Source of the DNA: Albugo candida
Taxonomy: Eukaryota
DNA: 64,000 nt
Direction of reading: 5' to 3'
Assembly (NCBI GenBank): GCA_040437565.1
Contig: JBDOQK010000037.1
Location: 248,001-312,000, forward strand
Each line of letters starts with the position of its first letter. Within the stretch, counting starts at the first letter, position 1. Of the stretch, positions 38,427 to 52,700 are shown piece by piece. The notes under the pieces are model-generated. The model did no database searches. It saw only the letters and a program-made list of their open reading frames with translations, and was not told the DNA's origin. Both the position numbers and the translations under genes were made by a program.

Positions 38427-38836
38427 CTACGATGGGCATTCACTCTTCTTCTGTGACAAGATAAGGGCCACGATCAAACCATACAGACCCAAAGCTTCTG
38501 CGAAAATCAAGATCAGGATCATGTTGACAAACAGCTTTTCTTGCTGTCCCACNNNNNNNNNNNNNNNNNNNNNNNNNNNNNNNNNNNNNNNNNNNNNNNN
38601 NNNNNNNNNNNNNNNNNNNNNNNNNNNNNNNNNNNNNNNNNNNNNNNNNNNNGATTTCGCTGTTCCATACGCAGCACCCAAGTCTGAACGAATACAAGAA
38701 AGTAAGATCGTGTCTACTGTCACGAGGGAAAAGGAGGAGAAGGCGTACTTGCAAAGACGAGTGCAGCAGCCACACCCATAAATCCGAAAAAAGAGGCCGA
38801 CGGCGGGCAAATGTTTGCAACAATCGCTGAACTCAT
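38427..38836 (-). CDS. VMA3: V-ATPase proteolipid subunit c, copy 2 (inverted; middle in N gap)
   Basis: Reverse complement of copy 1 with one visible synonymous difference (ATC/ATT) and different flanks. Confidence 0.88.
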
Positions 38837-39072
38837 CGTTCGAATATTATGTCACGTCAAAACTGTTATATATTCCTTTCTCAGCGGAAGATATCAGCAA
38901 AATGCGTGCGTTTAGCGACTTGTTCCGTTAAAAGCAAAATTCCGAGTACAAATGGCTCCACCCAAACGACGTTGGTTTAATTACAATATTAGCTCTTCTT
39001 CTGGTTAAATAACAAATGTAATCTTATCGCGCAAACCTGAATAGAGAATGTAATCGGATCAAATTTGATGAA

Positions 39073-40735
<1,663 letters not shown>

Positions 40736-40886
40736 ATTTCTTAGCGTTTAGTTTTTTGGATCTTCACTGGATCAAAAATGGAGTATCTTTTTGTAAAAAT
40801 TAGGTTATGTTATGCTATTTTTGATATGCATCTTATGCATAAAAAGTAATGAGCGATTGATGCACTCGCCAAGATATGCTAAATCC

Positions 40887-42340
40887 TCATTCATATGGCG
40901 CTTCATGATTGCGCTCGAGTGATGAGCCACCGATACGCGAGAACTTTGCTTTAAGGCAATCATCTTTGTGACGGCATTCTGTGAATGTGATCTTGTGACG
41001 TTCAAAGAATCGATACCCAAAGCTCCAATGTGATTTTGGCCAAGATCTCAATAGATTAAAATCTTCTCCTAGCAATGTGATTACGCTTTGAATGTCTTTT
41101 TTGAACTCAACTAAGATTTGGTGCTTTTTTATCGACTTCATCGTCTTTTTGATTTCTTTGTATCGTTCGGTCGGGACGTAGATATCCGCGGATGAAATAT
41201 CAAACACTACATGATTTTCATGCATGCTGGGACCTTGATTTACACTCAGATTCAAAAACGACCCAATTGGATCCGACCCAATGGAATCCTTTTTTGATTC
41301 AGACAAGTCAAAATAAGGTTCGTTCATACGAAATTCCGAATCCATATCAGAATCTCTCTCGAATATGTCAAGTGCTGGACTCTCACGAGACGACANNNNN
41401 NNNNNNNNNNNNNNNNNNNNNNNNNNNNNNNNNNNNNNNNNNNNNNNNNNNNNNNNNNNNNNNNNNNNNNNNNNNNNNNNNNNNNNNNNNNNNNNTTTGG
41501 CCAAGATCTCAATAGATTAAAATCTTCTCCTAGCAATGTGATTACGCTTTGAATGTCTTTTTTGAACTCAACTAAGATTTGGTGCTTTTTTATCGACTTC
41601 ATCGTCTTTTTGATTTCTTTGTATCGTTCGGTCGGGACGTAGATATCCGCGGATGAAATATCAAACACTACATGATTTTCATGCATGCTGGGACCTTGAT
41701 TTACACTCAGATTCAAAAACGACCCAATTGGATCCGACCCAATGGAATCCTTTTTTGATTCAGACAAGTCAAAATAAGGTTCGTTCATACGAAATTCCGA
41801 ATCCATATCAGAATCTCTCTCGAATATGTCAAGTGCTGGACTCTCACGAGACGACAAATCCAATTCGACGTATTTGTAATTGCGCGCGAACTCCCATGTG
41901 AAGATTCCAACAACGTTCCTTTTGTCGTACAAACCGATGGTATTCTCACTTATCAAGTTTATTTTGCATGTAATCGGAAAGCTAACAGCGGGTGAAATTG
42001 CAGCAACTTTTTTGCTTGATGGTGGAATGCTGTGAATATAATATGTTTCGGCTGAGGCGCTTCCACTGTTGTATCCCGCACCACAGCTTTCATAGCAATG
42101 CGTTATTGTCGTGCTGATCACCCATGACATCGCTCGTGCTGAAGATTCCGGGGATTTCTTTTCATCTTTCTTCATTTTCGCTATGAATAAAGTCCTCTTC
42201 GAATACGGCCATAACGTATATTTTGTTTCCCGCCGCAAATTGATACGTGTCGGACTCACATCAGATATGATTCCAAATACGCAGAATGAAATCACCAGAA
42301 GAACAAGCGGACTAACTTTGAGCAAGATTGAGAAAGGCAT
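40887..42340 (-). CDS. Intronless secreted orphan protein, candidate effector (~330 aa after removing the gap duplication)
   Basis: N-terminal hydrophobic signal MPFSILLKVSPLVLLVISFCVFG and a long open frame. 41034-41394 duplicates 41495-41855 around the gap. Confidence 0.7.
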
Positions 42341-42524
42341 TTCTAAAAATGAGTTTGGCCACTAAATCCACTAACTTGATATCCGACTCTTTTTTCGCAA
42401 TCAGACGAAACATTTCCATTCTCAGCATAGACTGCTGTAAATGGTGGTATTAAGAGCGATACCTATAGAGCCAATTAATTGTATGGGTACCGTACTTGTG
42501 CCACCATACACGATAATGGCGCGA

Positions 42525-44380
42525 CTATACAATCTCATTATACTTTTTCTCTAAGAACTTTTGTATCGAATAGAAATAAGCTTTTACAGCATTGCCACCA
42601 AAGTATCGGCCGTCGAGGGCTCGTTTGGCTCGTAATGCACCAGCTTCATCTTCATATTGTACAAAAATACGAACTTGACCGCTCATTTCATGAATAACCA
42701 CTTGTCGAAGGTCGCCGTACTTGGAACACTCTGAATCCACCTCATCTCGCAGATCGTCATCCACATCGCCTGCTTTGACTAAATTCAATAGACAGAGGCA
42801 AGTTTGCTCCTCTTTTTCCTCTAATTCCAGAATTGGTTCGATCATTGTACGCCTCGGTTTTGCATCGCTCAGTGAGTGTATACCATTGACTACTTTATCG
42901 TTGCTGACATTGAGGTTGAAGATTAAGGCTCCCGCACTGGCTTTGCCCACTTTCAGAGCCTGACCAGCCAATTCAAACCCATTCATGTGCTGAATTGCGT
43001 TGATAGCACACGTTTCGTCACCAAATTCGATAAAACCAAAGCCACGATGCAAGCCAGATTCTGATGATGATACCGCAGTCATCACACAATGCTTGATTTC
43101 GCCAAATGGCGCAAAAATGCTCTGACCGTACTGATGAGCCCGTATTTCCTTTGATTTATAATGAACTCACCTCAACATGACGACTATTTAGCTCTGTTCG
43201 CACACCCCCAATGTATACGCATTTGGTTGGAACACTGCATAAAGACTTTATCAGTCAGAGGATTGGATGTCTGGGATGATAAAGGTACTTTTTAATGGCT
43301 TCTCTACCAATGTGTAGTGCTGCTTCCGAATCCTTGGGATTTTGGTTGCCACGATGAGGACGACCGACCTATGATACGCTCGATTACGACACGAATCTCT
43401 TTCACAAGACATGGACGTACTTTAATTGTCCGATTGGCCAATATACTCCCATTCAAAACCTGAACGGCGCTCTCTGCAGCTAAGACATCGTCAAACTCTA
43501 GAAAGCAGAATCCTTTCGATCGACCGGTCCTTTTAGAGTAAATTGTAAGCTGACTGCTTCGAAATGACTCCCATGTTGTAGATACATACCCTGGTTCCAT
43601 TGACAGATCAATCGAGTGAATGGCTCCGAATGGCGCAAAGAAATTGCGAATATCATTTTCCTTGAGCTCATAGTACAGATTACCAACGTATAATCGCTTG
43701 GCAAACTCTATCGGAGTCAAAGAAGTACTGGGTAAGCTTTGTGAAAGCAGATTGGCTTGAGCAAGTGCTCGAGCTTTTGCAATTTCAGGATCCAGCGCGG
43801 TCTATCAAATAGAAGAGTAGTAAACCCACTAAACAAAACAAATAGAAACAGATAGAACACGAGACAGAAACAAAAAAAGGATCTCAATAAACGTTTGATA
43901 TCAGAGCATTTCATGCAAAAGAGTACGATGAAACAATTTGGATGGATTTCACAGCCGCGTAAACCATCCAATCCTTGTTTCAATTTTGATACTAGAGCCA
44001 TACTTTTGGCGTGTTGTAGCATACCTTTGTAATAGAACGTCTTGATGGACTGGTCCAATTCTTCTCTTGCACGACAGACGAAAGCTTCTTAACTATGTCG
44101 TTGAGTACTTCTACAGCCAAATCACGTTGTCAGCTGTGTCTTTATTGCGGGTCTATGGATTACTCTTTCCGGATGACGTCACTGGTCCATCGCTTTTTGT
44201 ACTATCTATCAATTCCTGTGAGGTTGCAGACAGCGCAGAGACGACTCCGGTGTCTGACTCCCAGCGAGATCGCCGCGGTCGTTTGGTCGAAGTCTTATGT
44301 GGAGGTTCTTCTTTGTAAAGACATTTCTTTACGCATGTTGATTGCTTGATTTGCTGGTGGTCTTGCACTGAATCAACCAT
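42525..44380 (-). CDS. PUF60: Poly(U)-binding splicing factor PUF60-like (RRM-RRM-UHM), multi-exon
   Basis: RLYVGNLYYEL..FAPFGAIHSIDLS..KGFCFLEF; HRGFGFIEF..MNGFELAGQALKVGKA; EVDSECSKYG..VRIFVQY..LDGRYFGG. Confidence 0.88.
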
Positions 44381-44540
44381 AGCAAAGAAATTGGAGCGTA
44401 TTCGAAATGTAAGAATTCGAATTGAATGTGAAACGCTACTATTGGTAGAAAATTATATTACATGTTATTGGAGACAATTCGACATTTATATCCAATTAAT
44501 ACCGTTATATGGGTAGGGCTCTAATAAGTGCGCGCGCTAT

Positions 44541-47500
44541 TTACCATGTTTCCGACAAGTCGGAGTCCGCTTCCACATTCCAGACGCGATCCATTGGGTA
44601 CGCACTTGTGGGCGAATCGATAGAGTCTTGCCTCATCATACGCGTTCGTATGGCCTCTACAGAGTCTCGCGACTCAATTCCGTGTGCCATTACGAAAAGA
44701 TCCAAATTAGAGCGCGAAGAAGTAAGTTGACGATCATCATTCCTTCGAAAATCTTGGTCAAAGTTCAGTGTTTCTGTACGAAGATTGTAGCTCGATCTCG
44801 ATATTCCTGTGCTTAGTTTCCTCTCTCCTTCCTCCCGTAAAAGCTCTTCTGTGTTCAATAGGAGCGCTCCCGAATCTGTGCTCGCTCTTCGGAATAATTG
44901 TACGGGTGCGATATCGGCGATGGCTCCACCAGCAGCCTCGAAACAGGTCTTACAATGCCGTACAGCCGTCATAATGCCTCCCTCTGGAATGGCTTTGCGC
45001 AAAGAGGAGCATTTTCCGCAAAGCCATTTCCCACAGCGATGACAGCCATGAGGACGTCTAAAGAGCTTGAATGATATTTTACAATCTTCACAATGCGATA
45101 CAGAGCTCTTGTGGGTTTTCTTCAGCTTACATGCCAGTGTGCTAAAGTTTTGAGATAGGGTTTGGATACTATCCACCGCTTTCGACAGAACTTGCTTCCA
45201 TTGATCTCGATCTTCTAGTTTGGTAGCGCTAAAATGAAGCTCGCGTGTCGAATGTGGAGACTTGCTGCTTGGTGACGATGAACGTCCCGATGTCCAAGTG
45301 GCCATATTGGCGTCATGTCCGTACGCTGTGATGAAGAGACCATGATGTCCGACGGAGGAATGGTTCACAGTTTGGCCGTGGGTGTACCGAGCTCGAACAG
45401 ATAACGGGATGATCCATTTCCAAGTGATGCGATGTGATTCCTCAACGTCTCCTGGATAAAAATACCACAATTTGTATGAAGTGTATTCATATACAACGAG
45501 TGCTTTTTGCCATCCTCGATTCCCGCTTCGTTCTTGAAACAAATAGCCAAACACACATCCATCGCCTTTGATAAAAGATGATCCAAAGCCGTATGCGGAT
45601 GAGTATGATGGACGCGTAATTTGCTGAATGATACTTTCCTGGAACACTGGCTGAGTTGGAACTGCTGCTGCAACATCAGCGGCTGCTTTGGCAGCAGCAT
45701 CTGCAACTGAAGAAGAGACTGTAGGACTACGTGATTCGCTCGATCCAGAAGATGCTAAGGGACCTCGAGTGCATGTATCGGGTATGACCGCAATGGGGAT
45801 TGAGATGATACTGAGTGTCGGGTCTTTGGCTGATTTCGTCTCTAATGTGGAAAACAACAATTGCCAGCGCTCATTCTTCCCCATGATGGTCTGAATTCTC
45901 AATTGGCTCCTAGTTTTTGGTTCTGTATAACATATTTTCAATGCCTGCACGACAAGCTTAATATTCGACATGGCGTCCGTCCCGTCCAAAGAAGAAGATG
46001 ATGTCCCATGCACGTTGAAGGCGCGTTCTAAAAGCGGTAGTAGCGTGGCCTTGGGTGATTCTGTGTCCAACAAACGATCAATTACGGGACACTTTCGAGA
46101 TCGTTTGCCTTTGAAATCACCGACAAAGAAGACGAGCATTTTGGTAATCTCTCCAAGTAGTAAGCTCCACATTGGGTACTTTTCGTAGCATTTCAAAAGG
46201 ACTCCAAGAAGATCTGTGCTTACAAACATACGATCCAGCCGACGAGATTCATTCGATACGACAGCGTTCAAAAACTTGACGATACTCCATAGATGGTACC
46301 CAGAAGCCTGGCGGGCTTCCAACAGTATCACTTGCTTTAGAAACACAATCAGCTGATGACCATTCCGTTCCATTCCAGTGATCAGACATTCGCGAAGACG
46401 CCGGTATTCTCTAACACTGTTACGCCAATCGTCTGTACAAAAGACTTCGAGCTCGTTCAGATCCCCTGAAATGACCGCTTCAAGTCGTTCAATCCAAACT
46501 TTCTGTTCCGTCTCTGAAGAAGCTGCAAAATACTCAATGGTCCCGTCTGTGAGACTTTGTTTGTTTTCGAGAGACCCGTGCAATTTATCACTCCAAGACG
46601 CTTTATTCTCGCGATCAACCTGAGACTTGAGCTTGACAATGAATCCAAATGGATGCCAATCACTGCTCTCAACACTTTCGATGTCTTCAAGTGGAAGAAG
46701 TACCTGAAAACCTTTTTGATTGTGCACAAAACCATCACCAATGGATTTCGGAGACGTAGCATCTCTTCCATCCGGTGGAAAGCCATTAAACGCATCCATA
46801 CTTTCTTCACGAGCCCTTACTGATGTCACGCGAACACCCAACATGCAATTGACCTGGACCAAGCATGGCTGGACTTTGTTCAAAAGCTTCTTCTTCTGTA
46901 CAAGCCGGCCTTCATGCACAAGATGCGTTGCACACATGAAGTTTGCACAATCAATCCCAGACGCGAGTGCAGCCGATAGCGATGATGTATTACGAGAGCC
47001 TTTGGTACCGACAGAAGCTTGCTTGATCGCATACGAACTGGTTTGCTGTGCAGCCTCTGCGAATTCCACAGTCTCCGTCAGCTCGAACAAGTGCATGAGA
47101 ATCGTCGCACACGCTGGTCGTGGAACTCCTTCGTACAAAAGCGATAATGAGCGCTTGCCTTCGGGTAGACGGCCATCCGTGTGCTTGTCACCAAATTTGC
47201 CACACCTTCGTTCCATATCGGTCGTTAATGTGCTCCAAAATGCGAGCTCCTTGATCATTTGGTCGAATAGAGACGAGAGGGTGCTTTCTTGATTGGCCAT
47301 ACACAAATGAACAATATGCCGGACTTTACGCGAAGTGTACTTGCGCATTGCCGAATTGGCTGCGTCCCGAGAAGCTCCCGAGATCGACACGTACTCTTCT
47401 TGGCCAGTGATCCGATCGATCGGGATCGTCTTTGCTGAGATCGCTACACCACGAGGTGTGAGATATGGAGCATGAAGCATTTCTCGAAGAAGAAGAAACG

Positions 47501-48644
47501 AATTCTCAATTGTGTCGCGCTCAAACAGACTTCGTGGTGGTGTGAAGCTGACCAATGTCTTCAAAAGCTTCTCAAACAATTGTGTCGCAAACAACGCGTC
47601 CATTGATGCGTCCGTGTGGTCCGAGTAACACAAATGCAGCAAGAACGTGCGAATATCGTCATATCCAATGTTTCCAAGCAGTAAATCAGTGTCGGACAAA
47701 TCTGGAGCGCTATCATTAAACGCGAGGTAATGGAGAATACATCCACCTTTTTCGCCGCGAACTGCAAAGTAGTGGAGAATTTGTGAAGCCAAATTCGCTG
47801 TAAGTGGGGTCAGAATCCCTCTATCGACAAGTGGAAGGCTCTTTTCGACGTTAGGTTCTGCTTCCTCTTCATGCACCATATCATCATGACCAAAATCTGA
47901 CTCATTTGATGAAGTTGATTGATCGGAACGAGTACGAAATCGAAGAGGATCTTTCTCTTTGCCCTCGGAATCTCTTTCTCCATGCTTTAGTGTCGCCATT
48001 TCCATAAAACAATCCTCCAAGAAACTCATTTTTCGTGAGCGTTCACCGTCTTCTCGAAGCACTTTGACTTCCGCCTGAACCATTTCCTCCATTTCTGTCA
48101 TCATAGCTTGCATCTCCATCTTCTCACTCTGTGTATCATCTCTTCCTCTCGATTTCCGCTTTATCTCATTTGATTCCGCATGCATCCTCTCCTTCTTCAT
48201 CGCTGACACATTCTTTGCTTCCTTACGCAATTTCTCGAATGCTGCGACCCAAATCGCGCGGCAATTGTGATCGCCAGGCTCACACATTCGCAAGCTATTG
48301 GCTGCATTCCCGAGGATGATAAATGATGTCGCGAGTGTTCGCGTGTGTTGATGCGCTTCTTCATCCAAAGAAATGCTCACAAGCTCCACAATCCGTTCGC
48401 GTGCAAACAGATTCATGCGAAGTTTGGCAGTCATTCGCTTGAGAAGAAGCTCGAGCATTTGCATACTGAAACTCTCATTCAATAATTCCCTTAAGGAATG
48501 CGAATCTGTCATCAGTGCGTCGACAAACCGCTCGACATGGACGCGAACGTTTTCAGTAGAAAGTTCTGTATGGGGTTTCGGCGGCGAAATTGCATCGACA
48601 CGCGGTGTAGAAGGCGGCGTGGAGGATGAAACTTGCGACAGCAT
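44541..48644 (-). CDS. Large intronless protein: SAPS-like helical region, two PH-like domains and a FYVE-type zinc finger
   Basis: PH C-terminal helices YFAASSETEQKVWIERL and FSATKLEDRDQWKQVL; CEDCKISFKLFRRPHGCHRCGKWLCGKCS..VRHCKTC; SAPS-like LLKCYEKYPMWSLLLGEI. Confidence 0.8.
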   Translation of the reverse strand: MLSQVSSSTPPSTPRVDAISPPKPHTELSTENVRVHVERFVDALMTDSHSLRELLNESFSMQMLELLLKRMTAKLRMNLFARERIVELVSISLDEEAHQHTRTLATSFIILGNAANSLRMCEPGDHNCRAIWVAAFEKLRKEAKNVSAMKKERMHAESNEIKRKSRGRDDTQSEKMEMQAMMTEMEEMVQAEVKVLREDGERSRKMSFLEDCFMEMATLKHGERDSEGKEKDPLRFRTRSDQSTSSNESDFGHDDMVHEEEAEPNVEKSLPLVDRGILTPLTANLASQILHYFAVRGEKGGCILHYLAFNDSAPDLSDTDLLLGNIGYDDIRTFLLHLCYSDHTDASMDALFATQLFEKLLKTLVSFTPPRSLFERDTIENSFLLLREMLHAPYLTPRGVAISAKTIPIDRITGQEEYVSISGASRDAANSAMRKYTSRKVRHIVHLCMANQESTLSSLFDQMIKELAFWSTLTTDMERRCGKFGDKHTDGRLPEGKRSLSLLYEGVPRPACATILMHLFELTETVEFAEAAQQTSSYAIKQASVGTKGSRNTSSLSAALASGIDCANFMCATHLVHEGRLVQKKKLLNKVQPCLVQVNCMLGVRVTSVRAREESMDAFNGFPPDGRDATSPKSIGDGFVHNQKGFQVLLPLEDIESVESSDWHPFGFIVKLKSQVDRENKASWSDKLHGSLENKQSLTDGTIEYFAASSETEQKVWIERLEAVISGDLNELEVFCTDDWRNSVREYRRLRECLITGMERNGHQLIVFLKQVILLEARQASGYHLWSIVKFLNAVVSNESRRLDRMFVSTDLLGVLLKCYEKYPMWSLLLGEITKMLVFFVGDFKGKRSRKCPVIDRLLDTESPKATLLPLLERAFNVHGTSSSSLDGTDAMSNIKLVVQALKICYTEPKTRSQLRIQTIMGKNERWQLLFSTLETKSAKDPTLSIISIPIAVIPDTCTRGPLASSGSSESRSPTVSSSVADAAAKAAADVAAAVPTQPVFQESIIQQITRPSYSSAYGFGSSFIKGDGCVFGYLFQERSGNRGWQKALVVYEYTSYKLWYFYPGDVEESHRITWKWIIPLSVRARYTHGQTVNHSSVGHHGLFITAYGHDANMATWTSGRSSSPSSKSPHSTRELHFSATKLEDRDQWKQVLSKAVDSIQTLSQNFSTLACKLKKTHKSSVSHCEDCKISFKLFRRPHGCHRCGKWLCGKCSSLRKAIPEGGIMTAVRHCKTCFEAAGGAIADIAPVQLFRRASTDSGALLLNTEELLREEGERKLSTGISRSSYNLRTETLNFDQDFRRNDDRQLTSSRSNLDLFVMAHGIESRDSVEAIRTRMMRQDSIDSPTSAYPMDRVWNVEADSDLSETW

Positions 48645-49792
48645 GGCTACGAAGCTTTACCGTAGTGATGCCAATGAGAAAGGAAGGCGAAGAGGTCTTA
48701 AAATAGATCAAAGTCGCCAAGAATGGAGAAAATAGGTGTCGAGGAGCTTGGAACAATTTTGATGCGATATGTTCTGACTCCAATGGAGTACCCCGCGAAT
48801 AGGTGGCGGTAGGGTACAGAGCATGGCATTAGCGTAAGCTCATGATAGAGGACGAAATGACGCAATAGGAATTGAGTTTGCCGATGCAAAATAGGATTAC
48901 GTATGGTTTTAAGAATAGAGATTGCGAGATGAGAGGGAGATGGTAGGCTGACGAGCTACTTTGTCAATTACACATGGTTTTTGAGCCAGTTGATGTATAC
49001 ATATATGGAGAATCCTCGTTTCTTGAAGAGGAGTAGGCATTGGCAAAGATATATTAGGTAGAAAACGCACTTATAAGGTAATGGGAATGTATCGTATGGC
49101 GGAATCCGCGGCATCGGTGCAGAAATANNNNNNNNNNNNNNNNNNNNNNNNNNNNNNNNNNNNNNNNNNNNNNNNNNNNNNNNNNNNNNNNNNNNNNNNN
49201 NNNNNNNNNNNNNNNNNNNNNNNNNNNACACATGGTTTTTGAGCCAGTTGATGTATACATATATGGAGAATCCTCGTTTCTTGAAGAGGAGTAGGCATTG
49301 GCAAAGATATATTAGGTAGAAAACGCACTTATAAGGTAATGGGAATGTATCGTATGGCGGAATCCGCGGCATCGGTGCAGAAATAACGACGCAATTGTCG
49401 TCGATAAAGATGTTTGAAGACAATAGATAATAGTATTAGTTTATGAAGGGGCGTGGATAGATAGAATGGAGGCTTTTTACTGTTTGAAGGAGACTTCCGA
49501 ACTATTGTATCAAATCAAACGGACGTAAAAGCGTAAAGCCGTACAGGCTACAGAGACCGTTCTCGCGTGATATTGTTCATTCTATTATTGCCTTTATTAG
49601 AACCTCTATGAAATGATACTATAAAATCTCCTTGAGGTTTTCCTATATAATTCTCAATCGAATCTGTTCGACTTCTTGCGCGAGGAAGAACCAACGCACG
49701 CAATTCACCCATACAGATTTCTCTTTTCTCTTCGTCCTGACACATTGTAATACTGTCAAATTGTACAATCCGATCGTATCGATCGCATAATT

Positions 49793-52700
49793 ATGCAAAT
49801 TGAAAAGAAACCAACCAATGCGCATCATGTCCAGGAATTAATGAAGGCGATGCTAAACGCACCCAAAGATTGGAGTTTTTCATGTGATCTCACATCGGAA
49901 CATCTATGGAATTTACAATCTCACCCCACACTTCCTCTTCAGCTCCAACAGCTCCATTATCTCATCGTTTTTGATGACGAAATGCTTTCCGTGTTACGAC
50001 GAAAAAGCGCCAAACGCATGTGCGCTTGCGAATTCAAACCCGGAGACATCGCGTGGAACTGTAAGGAGTGTCAGGTAAGAGCCATTACTTATGTGCGTTT
50101 GTCCATCTTAAGTTCGAATCGCTGTAGGTCGATGAAACATGCGTTATGTGCAACNNNNNNNNNNNNNNNNNNNNNNNNNNNNNNNNNNNNNNNNNNNNNN
50201 NNNNNNNNNNNNNNNNNNNNNNNNNNNNNNNNNNNNNNNNNNNNNNNNNNNNNNCGTGTTACGACGAAAAAGCGCCAAACGCATGTGCGCTTGCGAATTC
50301 AAACCCGGAGACATCGCGTGGAACTGTAAGGAGTGTCAGGTAAGAGCCATTACTTATGTGCGTTTGTCCATCTTAAGTTCGAATCGCTGTAGGTCGATGA
50401 AACATGCGTTATGTGCAACGATTGCTTTATTGCTAGCGACCATACGGATCACCAAGTGTTTTTCTATTACACACACAGCGGAGGATGTTGTGATTGCGGG
50501 GATCCAGAAGCCTGGGCGCCAGAAGGATTTTGTTCAGAGCACAAGGTGAGTTTTCAGGATACATGCAATCGGAAGCTAAGCGTGATTTCTAGGGTGCTCA
50601 AGATAAGGATCTTAGTGCTGGAATTCCATCCGCGATGATCGAAAATGCACGTGCGTGCTTGGGAATTGTCGTACATACAATCGTCGATATCATTTTGGAT
50701 GCAAGAAGAGCGGCTATTATTCGGGAGGAAGATATCTCGCGGGCTCGACAAACATTCGCAAAAGAATCTTCAGAGAAGCGGTACACCGTTTTGATCTATC
50801 ACAATGAGCTCCAAAGCTCCCAGGACTTTGCAACTGCACTCAGTCAAGCGCATCCGGCCGTCGCGGTATGAAGTAACAATTGGAAAGAGTGCTGGTCGAT
50901 ACTGATGTTGATACTTTTGATAGTATCAGATGCTGAAGCTTGTGAATGAGACATCTACGCAAAAGCAGAGCGTTGTACGGAGTAACACCACTCGGGAAGA
51001 TGCTTTAGAGCTTGCTGAAGCGCTTCATCGTCATGGAATCGTCTGCTCAATCGTGTCCAATGATTTCAAAATACGTGTCTCCGTGATCAGCGGTCTCATT
51101 CAGTATTTGGTGGCGCTTGCCAATCTTTCCGATGGATTCTGTCGAGTAATCTGCGAGCAGGTGAGGGATTCCCTTTCATCGTACTTGACGACCTGCTAAC
51201 TGTCGCCTTGAGTAGTTTGTCGATTTGAACGCCGAAGACTGGGATCATGATAATCGTACTGAGCTCAAAGAGGAACAGAATCGAAAGGTCGAGGCGTATG
51301 CACTTGTTCGAAATTCGATTCTGGCAGATTCGTTCCTGCCGAAAAAGGAGAGCGACGCATTACACAGTCTACTGATGGCACTGCTTGCGGATCCGTTGTT
51401 CAAGCGAAGCTTTGCGATCGCATTCACCTATGCTTATGATCAATTGTATCGCGAATTTGTGGCTGGAATCGGAAGCTCGAACCTGACGATATTAGCATTT
51501 AGCGTGCAATTCTTCAATCGCGCGAGCTTTGTCAGACTCCTTGTGGAGAAACATGATTTACTAAGCGTTTTAGTGACGACGATACTGGAAACCTTACAGT
51601 CAAAATTCCGCATTCTCGAGGCCAACGATACCGATTTGAAGCTTAAAGACGCCCATGAGATCAACGGAGAAGATGTGCAGCTCGTGTGGCGAGAATACGT
51701 TTCGGACGGCAGCAAAATCAAAGTCTTGGAGCGACGTAATTACTGGGATTTATATGCGGCGGTGGTCCTCAAGTCAAAACCGTCGATTGTCGAGTACCTG
51801 GATCTCGATCCTTTGTCTGCTGAAAGCAATTGGGTCACAACACCACAAACGCGAATCAAACTGTTTCTCTCGTGCCTTCCAGTGAAAACAGCACTACCAG
51901 GTCGTCATGAAATCGATCTAGCCTCACCCGTTTTTGTGTATCGTCGGTATATGTCTGGACTACTTGACCTTCGGTACGCCTTACAAATCGACGGAGTTGC
52001 CGAGCAATTCATCTCAATGCATCACGGGAAATATTATGTGCAGTTCTTGCTGTATCTTTCACATCTTCAAGGCGTTTATCCGGAGACTCGAAGACTTGGT
52101 GACCATGTGGAAATGGAATCTCGGGCGTGGGTCGCCGCGGTCGAATACGTCTCCACTGTATGCGATGTATTCACTTGGATAATTACGAATGTGATGAAGA
52201 ACAATCGAGTGAATGGCTTGGAGATGACTCCGACGCAGGCGCCAAAGACAGTACGTCTGGTGGGTGAACTCGTTCGACCGCTAATGGACTCGTTCTACTT
52301 TTGGCTGATTTCGCGAAACAAGTATTACCCTCCAAAAGAGTTTCAAGCTGGAGATTTGTTGCGAGAAGACCAAGTGGAAACCTCGATTTCGTGTCACTTT
52401 CCGATCCATCGTGCGTTTGCGCAATTATTACGAACATTTTGTGATCTTCCACCGTATTTGGCGGCATTTTATCGGCTCATGCGAGCACCCTCGGCTGTGG
52501 AATCTTCATCCGTGTGGGTGCATTCGACTTGTTCTTCACTGGGCTTTTGGCATTGTGTCCAATATATCGAACCAGTGCTGCAAGCGATCGTATGGGACGC
52601 TCAGGTTCACTGCGGTATGTGGGTCCGAAATGGAATGGCTGTGATGAATCACAGTATGAATTATGGTGAGCCTCCATTTTGCCTTCGATTTCGAGATTTG

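Noticed and set aside
48968-49423. Repeated ORF MPRIPPYDTFPL... resembling an LTR or direct repeat
   Set aside because: Gap-flanking overlap in the intergenic region between divergent genes, with no coding or element evidence.
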